From positions 14,237,342 through 14,301,341 of the forward strand of contig NC_081391.1 of assembly GCF_030684315.1 (NCBI RefSeq): 64,000 bases of DNA, given 5' to 3'. The notes beneath the pieces are model-generated. The model saw nothing but the letters and a program-made list of their open reading frames with translations, did no database searches and was not told the origin of the DNA. The position numbers were made by a program, and so were the translations under genes. This document shows positions 11,747 to 23,590 of the stretch, piece by piece. Numbering within the stretch: the first letter of the stretch is position 1; every line of letters begins with the position of its first letter. Source of the stretch: Stegostoma tigrinum. Its lineage: Eukaryota.

Positions 11747-12737
11747 TCTCTGACTCCAGCAACAGCAGTTCTTACTATCCGTGAGGAAGTTCAGCACTGG
11801 TCATCCTCGAAGTGATTAAAAACTGAACACGGAGATAAAAGTGCTGAACGTGCAGTATAATTCTCACAGCTATCTCCTGGTCCATTTACGTATAGAGCCT
11901 GAGGCCTGTTGTGTGTCTGAGACACTCAGCACCTTTCGCATTTTGATTTTTCAATCTGGCCTACTCAGATCCACAGTCGACGAGATCTCGGCAGATTCAG
12001 AATGGATCCACGATGTACATCAGTTGTCTGTACTAAATGGTCCGAAAGCACATGGATTCTGTTGCTGTAGCTCAATAGGAAAATGTTTACTGTTGACAAA
12101 ATCTGGCCATTTCTCACTGGGCTCCAACACTGTCGTTCAAAAGGTACAAAGACTAATCCCTCAGAGTAACAAACTGACAGAATTCAGCAAATCTGTGATG
12201 AGTGTTTATTAAGAAATAGCCTCAGATACAAAAGTGAAGTTTTAGAGTGTATTTTATTCTCATTTTCAGGGAGATGTACTTCCAGAATTTGCACTTGTGC
12301 AGGAGGTCAATCAGCAATTCCATCATCGACCAGTTGTCAATTCTGTGCTTCCTCAGACCCAAGTCCAAACAGATCACAATAGATACAGAATGAATCCACG
12401 AAGTAGATTGTTTTTCTGTATTAAATGGTCCAAAAGCATATGGGCTCCGTTGATGCACAGCAATGGGAAAATTTTACTGTTAACAAAACCTAGTCATTTT
12501 TCAATCGGCTACAAATCTATGATTCAAAACCGACAGAACTCAGCAAATCTGTGATGAGCGTGTCTTAACACATAACCTCAGATACAAAGGTAAAGGTTCA
12601 GAGTCTATTTTATTCTCATTTTCAGGGAGATGTACTTCCAGAATTTGTACTTATGCTGGAGGTCAAAGGTCATTCCGCAATTCCATCATCGACCAGTTGT
12701 CAATTCTGAGCATTTTCTGGATCCAATTCCCATCCTG

Positions 12738-12845
12738 CACTGATTGGACGTGGCAGCTGATCAACTGATTAACAAGAGTGATTGGCCATCACTGATGATG
12801 TCATTTCCTGCTTCATAAAATGATGGTCTGCATTGGGGTATAAAT
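12738..12845 (+). promoter_or_regulatory. Putative core promoter of F3
   Basis: Two ATTGG, TGATGTCATTTCCTG (CRE-like plus ETS-like), CATAAAA, and TATAAAT at 12839. Confidence 0.65.
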
Positions 12846-12941
12846 AATGTCCTAAGAGAGTGATGTTTTAGGTGTAGTTGGTTTTCTTTCCAAGTTTGTT
12901 GTTTTGTTGTGCTGGGTTAGGAAAGCTGTTTGTGTCACAAG

Positions 12942-15900
12942 ATGGCCTCCCAGATCAGTCAGAACTATCACCAGGATTGTGAAGCTGCTGTCAACAAGCA
13001 GATTAATGTGGAGCTCACTGCCTCCTATCTCTATCAGTCTTTGGTGAGTGCTGTCCCTGTGGTGTTGGAGTTAAATCTGTTATGGTTAAGTCAACAGTTT
13101 TTCTTGTTTGTAACTAACTTGGAACTACTGTAGATCGTGTTTTATATTTCTCTCCTATTTAAACACCAGGAGAAATCTAATGCTATTAGAAAAATGTGGT
13201 ATGACACTGATATACAGTAACTGGGCCCCTATTGACTTTCAGTGACTGCCTGGTGGGTGAAGTGCTTTGTGAAATACATCTTGTAATTCACTGTCAGGAT
13301 TGTGACTGGCAGTAACTGTCACTATCTCTGAAGATTATGATAACTCAACAGTACTTTAGAAAGAAGATAACTGAGCGTGGGGCTGGATAAACACAACAGG
13401 CCAAGCAGCATCTCAGGAGCATAAAAGCTGATGTTTTGTGCCTGGACCCTTCGTGCTGCTTGTCCTGCTGTGTTCATCCTGCCTGATGCTTTGTTTTCTT
13501 GGATTCTCCAGCTTTTGCTGTTCCCATTATTTGAGTCTTTTAGAAAGAAGCTGGGATAACCATTAGTTCATTAGCCTCCTGTTCTAATGTGTCCTGGTGT
13601 ATCTGTTTTGTCTTGTGATGCATCTGAACAAACCAGGGTTATATTTCCTGCTGGAGAAAGGTGTCATAGTGACTGTCCAGAATAACCAAATCTGATTGGC
13701 CTCAGCCTTCAGGGTTGGGCTGTGACTCCCTGCCTGTTCAAATAGGTTTCCAGTGAGGCCTGTTTGGCTTTTTGCTCTCCATGAGGTGGGTGTGACCCAT
13801 TCTCTCTGAACCTACAGACAATTGATCTGCTGTAGTGTGCTATATTGGAGACTCCTGGGTCTACAGGAATGTGCTGAGCTTGTTGAGCCAGTGAAGCAAG
13901 GCTTTTCCCATACCACCTCTCCTGGTCTGAAACAAGCCTGCCCCTTTCACCAGCTGGTGGTGTGCCTGTGCCCTTCCAAGGGGGAGAATATGTTTGGAAG
14001 GTGAGAGCTGCAGCGGACCTAGTAGATAATGGACCCTGAAAGGAGGTGGTGAATGCAGTCCCCATGAAGTGGGCTGCTCTGTCCTGGATGGTGTCTGCTT
14101 CTTGCATGTTGTAGCTCCACTTCTCCAGACACATGGAGAATATTCATCACTCACTGGGCTTGTGCCGGTTGGAAGGAAGTAGTTTCCAATGACATGAGGA
14201 TCAAGTCCCTGTAAGCCCACTTTGTGAGATAGGAACAGCTTTTCCTGCTGAACTAGGTGGGTTTTAATCACTGGCCAGTGTGCCTACTCAACAAGAATTG
14301 TGCTAATATAAAATCCTCACTGTTCTTCACATGTCACATCATGTAACAACCCAGTTATATCACACTGTAATCCACCAAGGCAAATCGTCAAGAGCAACTT
14401 CTCACCAGGTTTCTTCCCTCCAGAACAATCCTCATCTGCTTTATGAAGCAGCCAATCAAGTGTTCACTGTTATTCCAGCTTGTTATTCAAGTGTGAGACT
14501 CAGTTTAGAATGAGTGCAAGGGGTGGGTCAGGTCTAGAATTTGACCTGTACAAATGGGTCAAATCAGGTTTTCCAGCTTCATGTTAACGAGTGACATGAT
14601 CTGCAGAACAATAGTTCATCTAAAGGTCTCTCTGACCTTGCTTCAGTTTGTTTTAAGCAGTGATGTTTGTTTGCAAGCTTCGGAATGTGAGTGTGCTACA
14701 TAAATGGGTGTAGTAGCCTATTGCAGTAACAACCCAATGGCTGTCACTGGGCAGGATTTCCTTTGCAGAATCTTGGTTCCACTTTTGCTCTTTCTCCTCC
14801 TCCCATAATGCCAACAGCATCTCTTGCAGAGCTATCATCCAATCCGATTGATCTCCAGGTTGTAGAAGACTCGCTCCCTCCTGGCTATATTATTACAGCA
14901 GTGCCCAGTGTCTGTATGTTACTTTAGCCCCAAAGGAGAAATGTCGGGTCGTGCAGCTGCCCCACCCTGAGACCATCCTGCGCACCAACTCCTGGCCATT
15001 CCTCCAATTCTGTGACATCCATCAGTGGAAACATGAATTCAGCTTTTCTCAGCATACGCTGTGCCAGACCACCCCCACCCTGAGCAATTTGATAGTGCTT
15101 TCAAACCCAAACAGGGTATCTGCAGGAAGCTGGGTTTGTCTAGATTGACCCAGTGAACAGATCTGCCGTCAAATTGAACCACACTAGGTTCACAGGCCAA
15201 TTTTGTGTAGCCACACTTTGACAGCTGGCCGAACCTTCAGTTTGCTTTTGAAGGATAAACCAGGTCTGCAGTTCTGAACTATATTCAGGCCCAGTGGTAC
15301 ATTTTAATGGGCTTTAACTTGTTCCCTCTCCCTTCCAGATGTCCTACTTTGACCGGGATGATGTTGCCCTCCCTCGTTTCTCCCAGTTCTTCAAAGATCA
15401 GTCCCAGCAGAAGCGGGAACATGCAGAGAAGCTGCTGAAATTCCAGAATCAGCGTGGAGGCAGTGTCCTCCTCCAAGATGTGAAGGTTGGAGTTGGGAAG
15501 AGATGGTTGGGTAGGGTGAGGTTTCAAGTCAATGACCAGCATGTCTCACACTGAAAAGTGAGACATGCTACCATTTTGGCTTCCCAGTTTCTCCTGAAAT
15601 ACCAGAAATCCCACAAACAAGCCCTTTGGCCCACCATGTCTATGCTGACCCAAGAAACACCCAACCACATTAATCCCATCAACCTGCACTTGGACTGCAG
15701 CCCACAATGAGGTGGCATTAAGTAGTTGTCCAGATGTTGCTGGAGTAGCTGCCTTCAATCGGGTGTTGCATTTCACAAACCTACTTGTGTTTTTTAGGAG
15801 GAGTTGGAGGTGGTGGGTTTCTCCAACCTGGAGCCTCACTTGCACCCCCTCCAGTGTTTATCCTGTCCCTGTGATTGTGGTTCTGGTCACCACACTGGCC

Positions 15901-17375
15901 AGGTCAAAGATGGAAGACAATGCTGCCTAGTTTCTGACCAGACGTGGGCCACCCAATAGGGACAGGCATCATGTAGGCCAACTTCACCCTCTGGTTGACC
16001 TTTGCTGATCCTTGAGAGGTCAATGGTCTTGGGCACTTTGGTATCTCTGCTCCTTACCATTAAAAACCCTGCTGTCCCTTGAATGAATCCAACAGTCATG
16101 TTTCTGATCCTGCTGATCAGACAGGGATGAAACAACAAGCAGAGGTGGGACTTCAACCTGGTCCCTGTGTCCCAGACACAGGGACAGTACCACAGAACCA
16201 AGAGCCCTTGGGATTAGGCTGTGCATGTCCTGATCTAAACTCCAGCAGATGGACACTGGTGTAATCCACACCAGGGTGCAAATTCAATCCTTATCCCCAT
16301 GATGACATGGTCCTGGACTTCCTCATTCAGATCAAGGATAAATGGGGCAAGGTGAAAGCAGTTCCCAAGTAACTTTGATCTTCATGTGCACCTCAGGGAT
16401 GGCACAGTGGCTCAGTGATCAGCACTGCTGCCTCAGTGCCAGGGACCCAGGTTTGGTTCTGGCCTTGGGTGAATGATTGGAATTCACATTTCTCCTTGCA
16501 TGGGTTTCCTCCCACAGTCCAATGATGTGCTGGTTAGGAGGATAGGTCATGGGAAGTGAGGGGTTGCAGAATTGGGTGGGAGTCTTTTCAGGGGGTATTG
16601 ATGGTCTCAATGGGCTGAATGGCCTGCTCCCATGCTGCAGGGATTCTGTTTCTGAAGATTAACTGTACTTCTTTCCATCCTCAGAAGCCAGAGAGGGATG
16701 AGTGGGGTAACAGCCTGCAGGCAATGCAGGTTGCCCTGGATCTGGAGAAGAATGTGAACCAGTGTTTGCTGGATCTACACCAACTCGCCACAGCCCAGAC
16801 TGACCCTCATGTAAGCTTCACCTCCTCCTCATTCTCATCACTGCTGGACCCTCAGGGCAACACTTCATTGGTTGGTCTTTGTGGTTTGGAAATTCACTGC
16901 TGAAACAGTCTTTGTCTGGATATGACATTGCTATCACTGTATTCACTCCAGGTACAATGTCACAACTGCTCAGCCATGAGTGACATGGGGAATTTGGGTT
17001 ATAATCTAGTGGGAGTGCTGAAGTGATATTGGCCACTGAATTCCCATTCGGGGCAACTCGAGTTGAAATACTCGTGTCCTCACTGGCACAAATTCTCCAG
17101 CTATCGGCTGCACTTTGAGGACTGTCTGGAGTTAGTTATGGCTGAGTCTCTTGCAGTGGGAATTCTGAAATTGTCCTGTGCCATGTTAATGCACAAGTTG
17201 TCATATTCCTCTGTTGCAGCTGTGTGACTTCCTGGAGACCCACTATTTGGATCAGGAGGTGGAGATCATCAAGCAACTTGGGGACTACATCACCAACCTG
17301 AAGCGCCTGGGAGCCCCTGAGAATGGGATGGGAGAGTACCTGTTTGACAGGCTCTCCCTGGAGGACAGCAGTTAG
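12942..17375 (+). CDS. Ferritin subunit, copy F3 (intact, 176 aa)
   Basis: Exons 12942-13043, 15339-15485, 16685-16810 and 17220-17375, with canonical splice sites and an open frame. Variants include GGSV, NQCLL and LDQEV. AATAAA at 17503-17508. Confidence 0.95.
16396..16650 (+). mobile_element. HE1-like SINE in intron 2 of F3
   Basis: Paralogous to 899-1160. Confidence 0.7.
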
Positions 17376-18950
17376 TGTGGCCTGGAGTACTGTCTGCTTG
17401 GTCTGAATGCATTCCCCACTTCACCCTGGACAACCTGTCTCCTTCCAGGGAGAAGGGGCTTGGAGCAAAGAATGTACTGGCTGCACCAGCTGAATGAAAA
17501 TGAATAAAATCATGTGTTGATCTTGCTTATTGCCCATCATTCAGAGCCCTGTATAATTTTGGTAGTTATCCTGAGAGCTTCCAGCATTTAATTTTTCTGC
17601 AGTTTGATTTTGCTGATCAAATTACTAATTGGGCTAAACATCTCATTGGTTCTGTCCTCTGTCAGACAGGGATTACAAGAGGAGGTTGCTCTGGCCTGTG
17701 AATCAATGATATTCCTCCAAGCAGAACTTGAGGATATTGGGGTTTTGTCGGGTGGAACTTGCTCTTTGCAGTTGTGTTTTTATAAAATTACGTTTCTGGA
17801 TGTGATGCATACAATGGGAGGGGGGGAAAATCTTCCCTTTTACGGGAGGGGAGTTCTCCTGCTCTATACAAGGGAAGACGAGATACCCAGTCTCATGAAT
17901 ATCTGACAACCCTGTTTCCACGTTCACCTAGTCTGTCAAAGAGCTTAGCTTTTTCCCCCCTCCCCACATGCAAAGATTTATTGCTGATGTGAAAGGAAAA
18001 TGCCAATTTGAAGACAAAGCTAAGTGAGCTGGTACTGCAATAGTTGCTGTTACTGTAGGCCTAAACATGGAGGTGGTGGGATGAGCTCATTGGGCAACAA
18101 TGCCATCTTTCTTGGGCAGGGGAGAATACAATGACAGTAAATGGTCCTGGCACTGTTAGGATTCACCTATAGATGCAGAGCTAAGGGTCAAACCAGCCCT
18201 GGGACATGCACTATTGGTTGTGGGTTTTCCCTTTTTTTTTTTCCCTTCCACACTCACCCACCAGAGCCTCCCCTGATCCTGCCGTTAGCAATTGGGCAGG
18301 TTCGCCAGCTCATGCCTCCTTCGTCTGAGATAAATATGCTGGTCCTACTGGTCGCTTTGATTCACTACCCACTGCAATCAGGGAGTCAATCCCCCATCGG
18401 GCCATGTTTCCCAGAAGCATCCCAAAGTTGTCCTGATGTGGCTTAGTCATTCCTGTTTTCTTTGCCTGTTTATAGGATTCACTCCAACAACCAGTCACTT
18501 CAGAATCAGCACATTGTCTGCCATCTACAGCAGGAGAGGAGTGGCCTGGGAGTAACGCAGCAACGCTCATGGTGACATGCTGCTGTTTGATTGGCTCTTG
18601 CTGTGAAAGCCAGCACTGAGTGCACTCAGCTGCTCCCTACGTTCCTCTGAGCTTCTCCTGTGCTGCAGGTTGCCTTCTCCCAGTGATGGAGAACGAGCAG
18701 CGATTTTCTGTTCAACTTGGGAATGATGTGACTTAGGGGAGGTAACCTGGACCTGCATACCATCCTGTACGGCTGTTTACTTCAGCATTTGAGCTGTCAG
18801 TGACGTTCTGGGGATTACCACTGCGTTTTGCAGCTCCTGTGCAATACAGCCTATGTAGGGGGCATGGTTCTTATGTGACTCAACATATCTGTTACATGAC
18901 AGAAATCCTTTTTATTTTGACCAATCTTCATTCTTGGCGATGGTGTCCCT

Positions 18951-21434
18951 CGTAGACCATAAGACATAGGAGTGGAAGTAAGGCCGTACAGCCCATCAAG
19001 ACCACTTCCCCATTTAAATCATGGCTGATGGGCATTTCAACTCCACTTCCCTGCACTCTTTCCCCCTAGCCCATGATTCCTTATGAGATCAAGAATTTGT
19101 CGATCTCTGCCTTGAACGCATCCAACGTCCCGGCCTCCGCTGCACTCTGTGGCAATGAATTCCACAAGCGAACCACTCTCTGGCTGAAGAAATGTCATCT
19201 CATTTCGGTTTTAAATTGACCCCCTCTAATTTTAAGGCTGTGCCCACGGGTCCTAGTCTCCCCGCCTCACGGAAACAACTTCCGAGCGACCACTTGTAAA
19301 CCATACATTATCTTATAAGTTTCTATTAGATTTCCCCCTCAAACTTCTAAACTCAAATGAGTACAGGATCCTTAGCCGTCCATCATACATTAAACTTAAT
19401 ATTCCTAGGGATCATCTGTCTGAATCTCCACTGGACACGCTCCAGGGCTAGTATGTCCTTCCTGAGGTGTGGGGCCCAAAATTGGACACAGTACTCTAAA
19501 TGGGGCCTAACTAGAGCTTTATAAAGCCTCAGAAGCCCTTCACTGCTTTTATATTCCAACCCTCGAGAGAAATGACAACATTACATTCACTTTGTTAATT
19601 ACGGACTCTACCTGCAAGTTAACCTTCAGAGAATCCAGCACCAACACTCCCCGATCCCTTTGTACTTCTGCTTTGCGAATTTTCTCACCATTTAGAAAAT
19701 AGTCCATGCCTGTATTCTTTTTCCCAAAGTGCAAAACCTCACCTTTACTCACATTGAATTTCATCAGCCATTTCCTGGACCGCTCTCCTAAACTATCTAA
19801 ATCTTTCTGCAGCTTCCCCACCTCCGCAGACTACCTGCTATTCCACCTATCTTCGTATCATCGGCAAACTTCGCCAGAATGCCCCCAGTCCCTTCATCCA
19901 GATCATTAATATACAAGGTGAACAGTTGCGGCCCCAACACTCAACCCTGCAGGACACCACTCGTCACCGGTGGCCGTTCCGAAAAAGAGCCTTTTATCCC
20001 AACTCTCTGCCTTCTGTCAGACAGCCAACCATCAATCCAAGCCAGTAGCTCACCTCGAACACCATGGGCCCTCACCTTGCTCAGCAGCCTCCCGTGAGGC
20101 ACTGTATCAAAGGCCTTTTCGAAGTCTACACAGATAACATCTACTGGGTTTCCCTGGTCTAACATACTTGTTACCTCTTCAAAGAATTCTAACAGGTTTG
20201 TCAGGCACGACCTCCCCTTACTAAATTCATGCTGACTTGTCCTAATCTGACCTTGCACTTCCAGGAATTTAGAAATCTCATCGTTGACAATGGATTCTAG
20301 AATTTTACCAACTACCGAGGTTAGGCTAATCGGCCGAAAATTTTCCATCTTTTGCCTTGATCCTTTCTCAAACAAGGGGGTCACAACAGCAATTTTCCAA
20401 TCACCTTGGACTTTCCCCTGACTCCAGTGACTTTTGAAAGATCACAACCAAAGTCTCCACTATTTCCTCAGCCACCTCCCTCAGAACTCTAGGATGTAGC
20501 CCATCGGGGCCAGGAGATTTATTAATTTTTAGACCTTTTAGCTTTTCTAGCACTTTCTCTTTTGTAATGCCTACCATACTCAACTCTGCCCCCTGACTCT
20601 CCCTAATTGTTGGCATACTACTCACGTCTTCCACTGTGAAGACTGACGCAAAGTACTTATTAAGTCCCTCAGCTATTTCCTTATCTCCCATCACTAGCTT
20701 CCAGCATCATTTAGGAGCGGCCCAATGTCTACTTTTGCCTCTCGTTTGTTTCTTATGTATTGAAAGAAGCTTTTACTATCATTTCTAATATTACTAGCTA
20801 GCCTACCTTCATATTTCATCCTCTCCTTCCTTCTTGCTCTCTTTGTTATCCTCTGTCTGTTTTTGGAGCCTTCCCAATCTCCTGATTTCCCAGTGCTCTT
20901 GGCCACTTTATGGGCTGTCTCTTTTTCTTTGATATATTTCCTGACTTCCTTTGTCAGCCATGGCTGTCTAATCCCACCCCGGATAATCTTTCTTTTCTTT
21001 GGGATGAACCTCTGTACTGTGTCCTCAATTATACCCAGAAACTCCTGCCATTGTTGCTCTGCTGTCTTCCCCGCTCGGCTCTGCTTCCAGTCGATTTTCG
21101 TCAATTCCTCTCTCATGCCACTGTAATTACCTTTATTTAACTGTTACACCATTACATCCGATTTTGCCTTCTCTCTTTCAAACTGCAGACTGAACTCGAC
21201 CATATTATGATCGCTGCCTTCTAAGTGTTCCCTTACTTTAAGGTCTTTTACAAAGTCTGGCTCATCACATAACACTAAGTCCATAATAGACTGCTCCCAT
21301 GTGGGCTCCATCACAAGCTGTTCCAAAAAGCCATCCTGCAGACACTCCATGAAGACCCTTTCTTTGGGTCCACTGGCAACATTATTCACCCAGTCCACCT
21401 GCATATTGAAGTCCCCATGATCACCGTGACGTTG
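18951..21434 (-). mobile_element. 5'-truncated CR1-clade LINE (ORF2: end of APE endonuclease plus RT), frameshifted
   Basis: Collinear minus-strand ORF pieces 21144-21404 (GSDHN), 20694-21116, 20401-20694 (KSPGPDGLHPRVL), 19941-20384 (FRPISLTSVVGK, DFEKAFD, SGVLQG) and 19549-19821. AKFADDTK lies near 19850-19875. The 3' tail reads CCTATGTCTTATGGTCTA at about 18953-18970. Confidence 0.93.
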
Positions 21435-21524
21435 CCTGTTGTCCAGGATGAGGCCATTTGGCCCGTGGAGGATTGAATCTCTTCACCCCATCCTGTTCAG
21501 ACCCACCCCATTCCCTTAACGCTG

Positions 21525-22100
21525 TGTTTCCCATGGCTAATCCAGCTCGCCACTTGTCACTGTCAGCAATTTAGCACTGCCTAAACACTTAACCTGCAAA
21601 TCGTTGCACTGTGGGAGAAAACAAGAACATGGGAGACATGGGAAGAATATGCAAGACCCAGACAGACAGTTCCTGAAGGCTGTAATGGAACACAGGTCTC
21701 TGGCGCTGGGAGGTAACCGTGCGAACCACTGAGCTACCATCACACCCTAATGTACCAAACAAAGGAATATGCTGATGCATTCTATGAGAGTCATTGAGTC
21801 ATACAGCCTGAAAACAGACCCTTCAGCCCAACCTGTCCATGCCGACCACGTTTCCGTAACTGAATGAGTCCCACTTGCCCACGTTTGGCCCATATCCCTC
21901 GAAACTATTCCTATAAATGTAAATCTCTAAATGTCTCTTCAACGTTGTAATTGTACCCACTTCTACCACTTCCTCTGGCAGCTCATTCCATATACACATC
22001 AACCTATCAGCGAAAAAGTTGTCCCTCAACAAGTTCTCCTTTTCGAATCTTTCCCCTCTCCTCTCAAACCAATGCCATCTAGTTTTGGACTCCCCTACCC
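21525..22100 (-). mobile_element. Spacer module: HE1-like SINE plus CR1 3'-end fragment
   Basis: ORF 21823-22032 (IWNELPEEVVEVGTITTLKRHL) and a SINE head at about 21700-21748. Confidence 0.72.
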
Positions 22101-23381
22101 TGTCCCAGCATGCCTTTTATATAAAGTCAATCTTGAGTGTGCCAATGGCAAGGCTACATTTAGTGCTCAGCAACTGTTACACTTCAGGAGGTGGTGATGA
22201 GCTGCTTATTACTGTCCACCTGGTGTAGCAGAGCCCGGAATGATGCTGCTGCCGCTGCTGAGGAGGGGCTTCTGGGATGTTCATTCACAAACAGGGATAG
22301 TGTTCCAAGTCAGGATGGTGACAGATTTACATGGAGCTGCTTGAGTGTCGTTGAGGCTGTCTTGAGCCAGAACATTGTAAAGTCATCCATCACACTTCCT
22401 AACTTCAGTCTTGTTGATGGTGGACAGGCTTTGGAAAGTCAGGAGTTGAGTGATTCACAAAAGAATTCCCAGCCTCTTCCCACATTCTGAGCTGTTTGTT
22501 CTACAGAGTGCAATGTAAACAGGACCAGAACCTCCCGAATAGAAACACGCTGCAGTTAAGCGCTTGTTGTCCTCGGAGCAGGTAAAAGCTGAACACAGAA
22601 ATAGAAATATTGAATGTGCGATATATTTCCAGCACCTGATACCTCAGCAGTTTAGCTGGCAAAATCAGCCCATTTCTGAAGAAGGGTCCCAACCCAAAAA
22701 GTCAGCCTTCCTGCTCCTCTGAAGCTGCCCAGCCTGCTGTTGCCCTCCAGCTCCACGCTGTCTTATCTCTGACTCCAGTGTTGACAGTTCTTACTACCTC
22801 TGAGGGAGTTAAGTGCTCGTCATTCTTGAACTGACTAAAAACTGAACACTGAGATAAAAATGCTGAACATGGAATATATTTCTAGCAGCTGTCACATGGG
22901 CTATTTGGGTATAGACCCTGAGGCCTACTCCCACACAGCACATTTTCGAATTTGATTTTCAAACTGGACTTACTACGATCCAAAGTCAACGAGATCCTGG
23001 CAGATTCTGAATGGATCCACAGCCTGTAGGTACCTGTATTATATGGCCCAAAAGCACATGAATTCTGTTGCTGCACACCAACAGGAAAATGTTTGCTGTC
23101 AACAAAATCTTGCCACTTTTCAATGGGCTCCAACACCGTCGTTCAAAAGGTACAAAGACAAACCCCTCAGAGTAACAAACCGACAGAATTCAGCAAATCT
23201 GTGATGAGCGAGTCTTAGCACATAACCTCAGATACAGAAGTTTCAGAGTATGTTTTTTGCCATTTTCAGGGAGATGTCCTTCCAGAATTTGCACTTGTGC
23301 AGGAGGTCAAAGGCCATTCAGCAATTCCATCATCGACCAGGTGTCAATTCTGATCAGTTTCTGGATCCAATTCCCATCCTG

Positions 23382-23490
23382 CACTGATTGGATGTGGCAA
23401 CTGATCAATTGATGAACAAGAGTGATTGGCCATCACTGATGATGTCATTTCCTGCTCAATAAAATGAGGACATTCAAGTGAGGTATAAAT
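23382..23490 (+). promoter_or_regulatory. Putative core promoter of F4
   Basis: Same motif block, with TATAAAT at 23484. Confidence 0.65.
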
Positions 23491-23590
23491 AGTGTCTCCA
23501 CGCGACTGATGTTTTTGGTGTAGTTGGTTTTCTTTCTAAGTTTGTTCTTTGTTTGTGAGGAAAAAGGAAAGCCCCTTTTCTCCTCATAAA

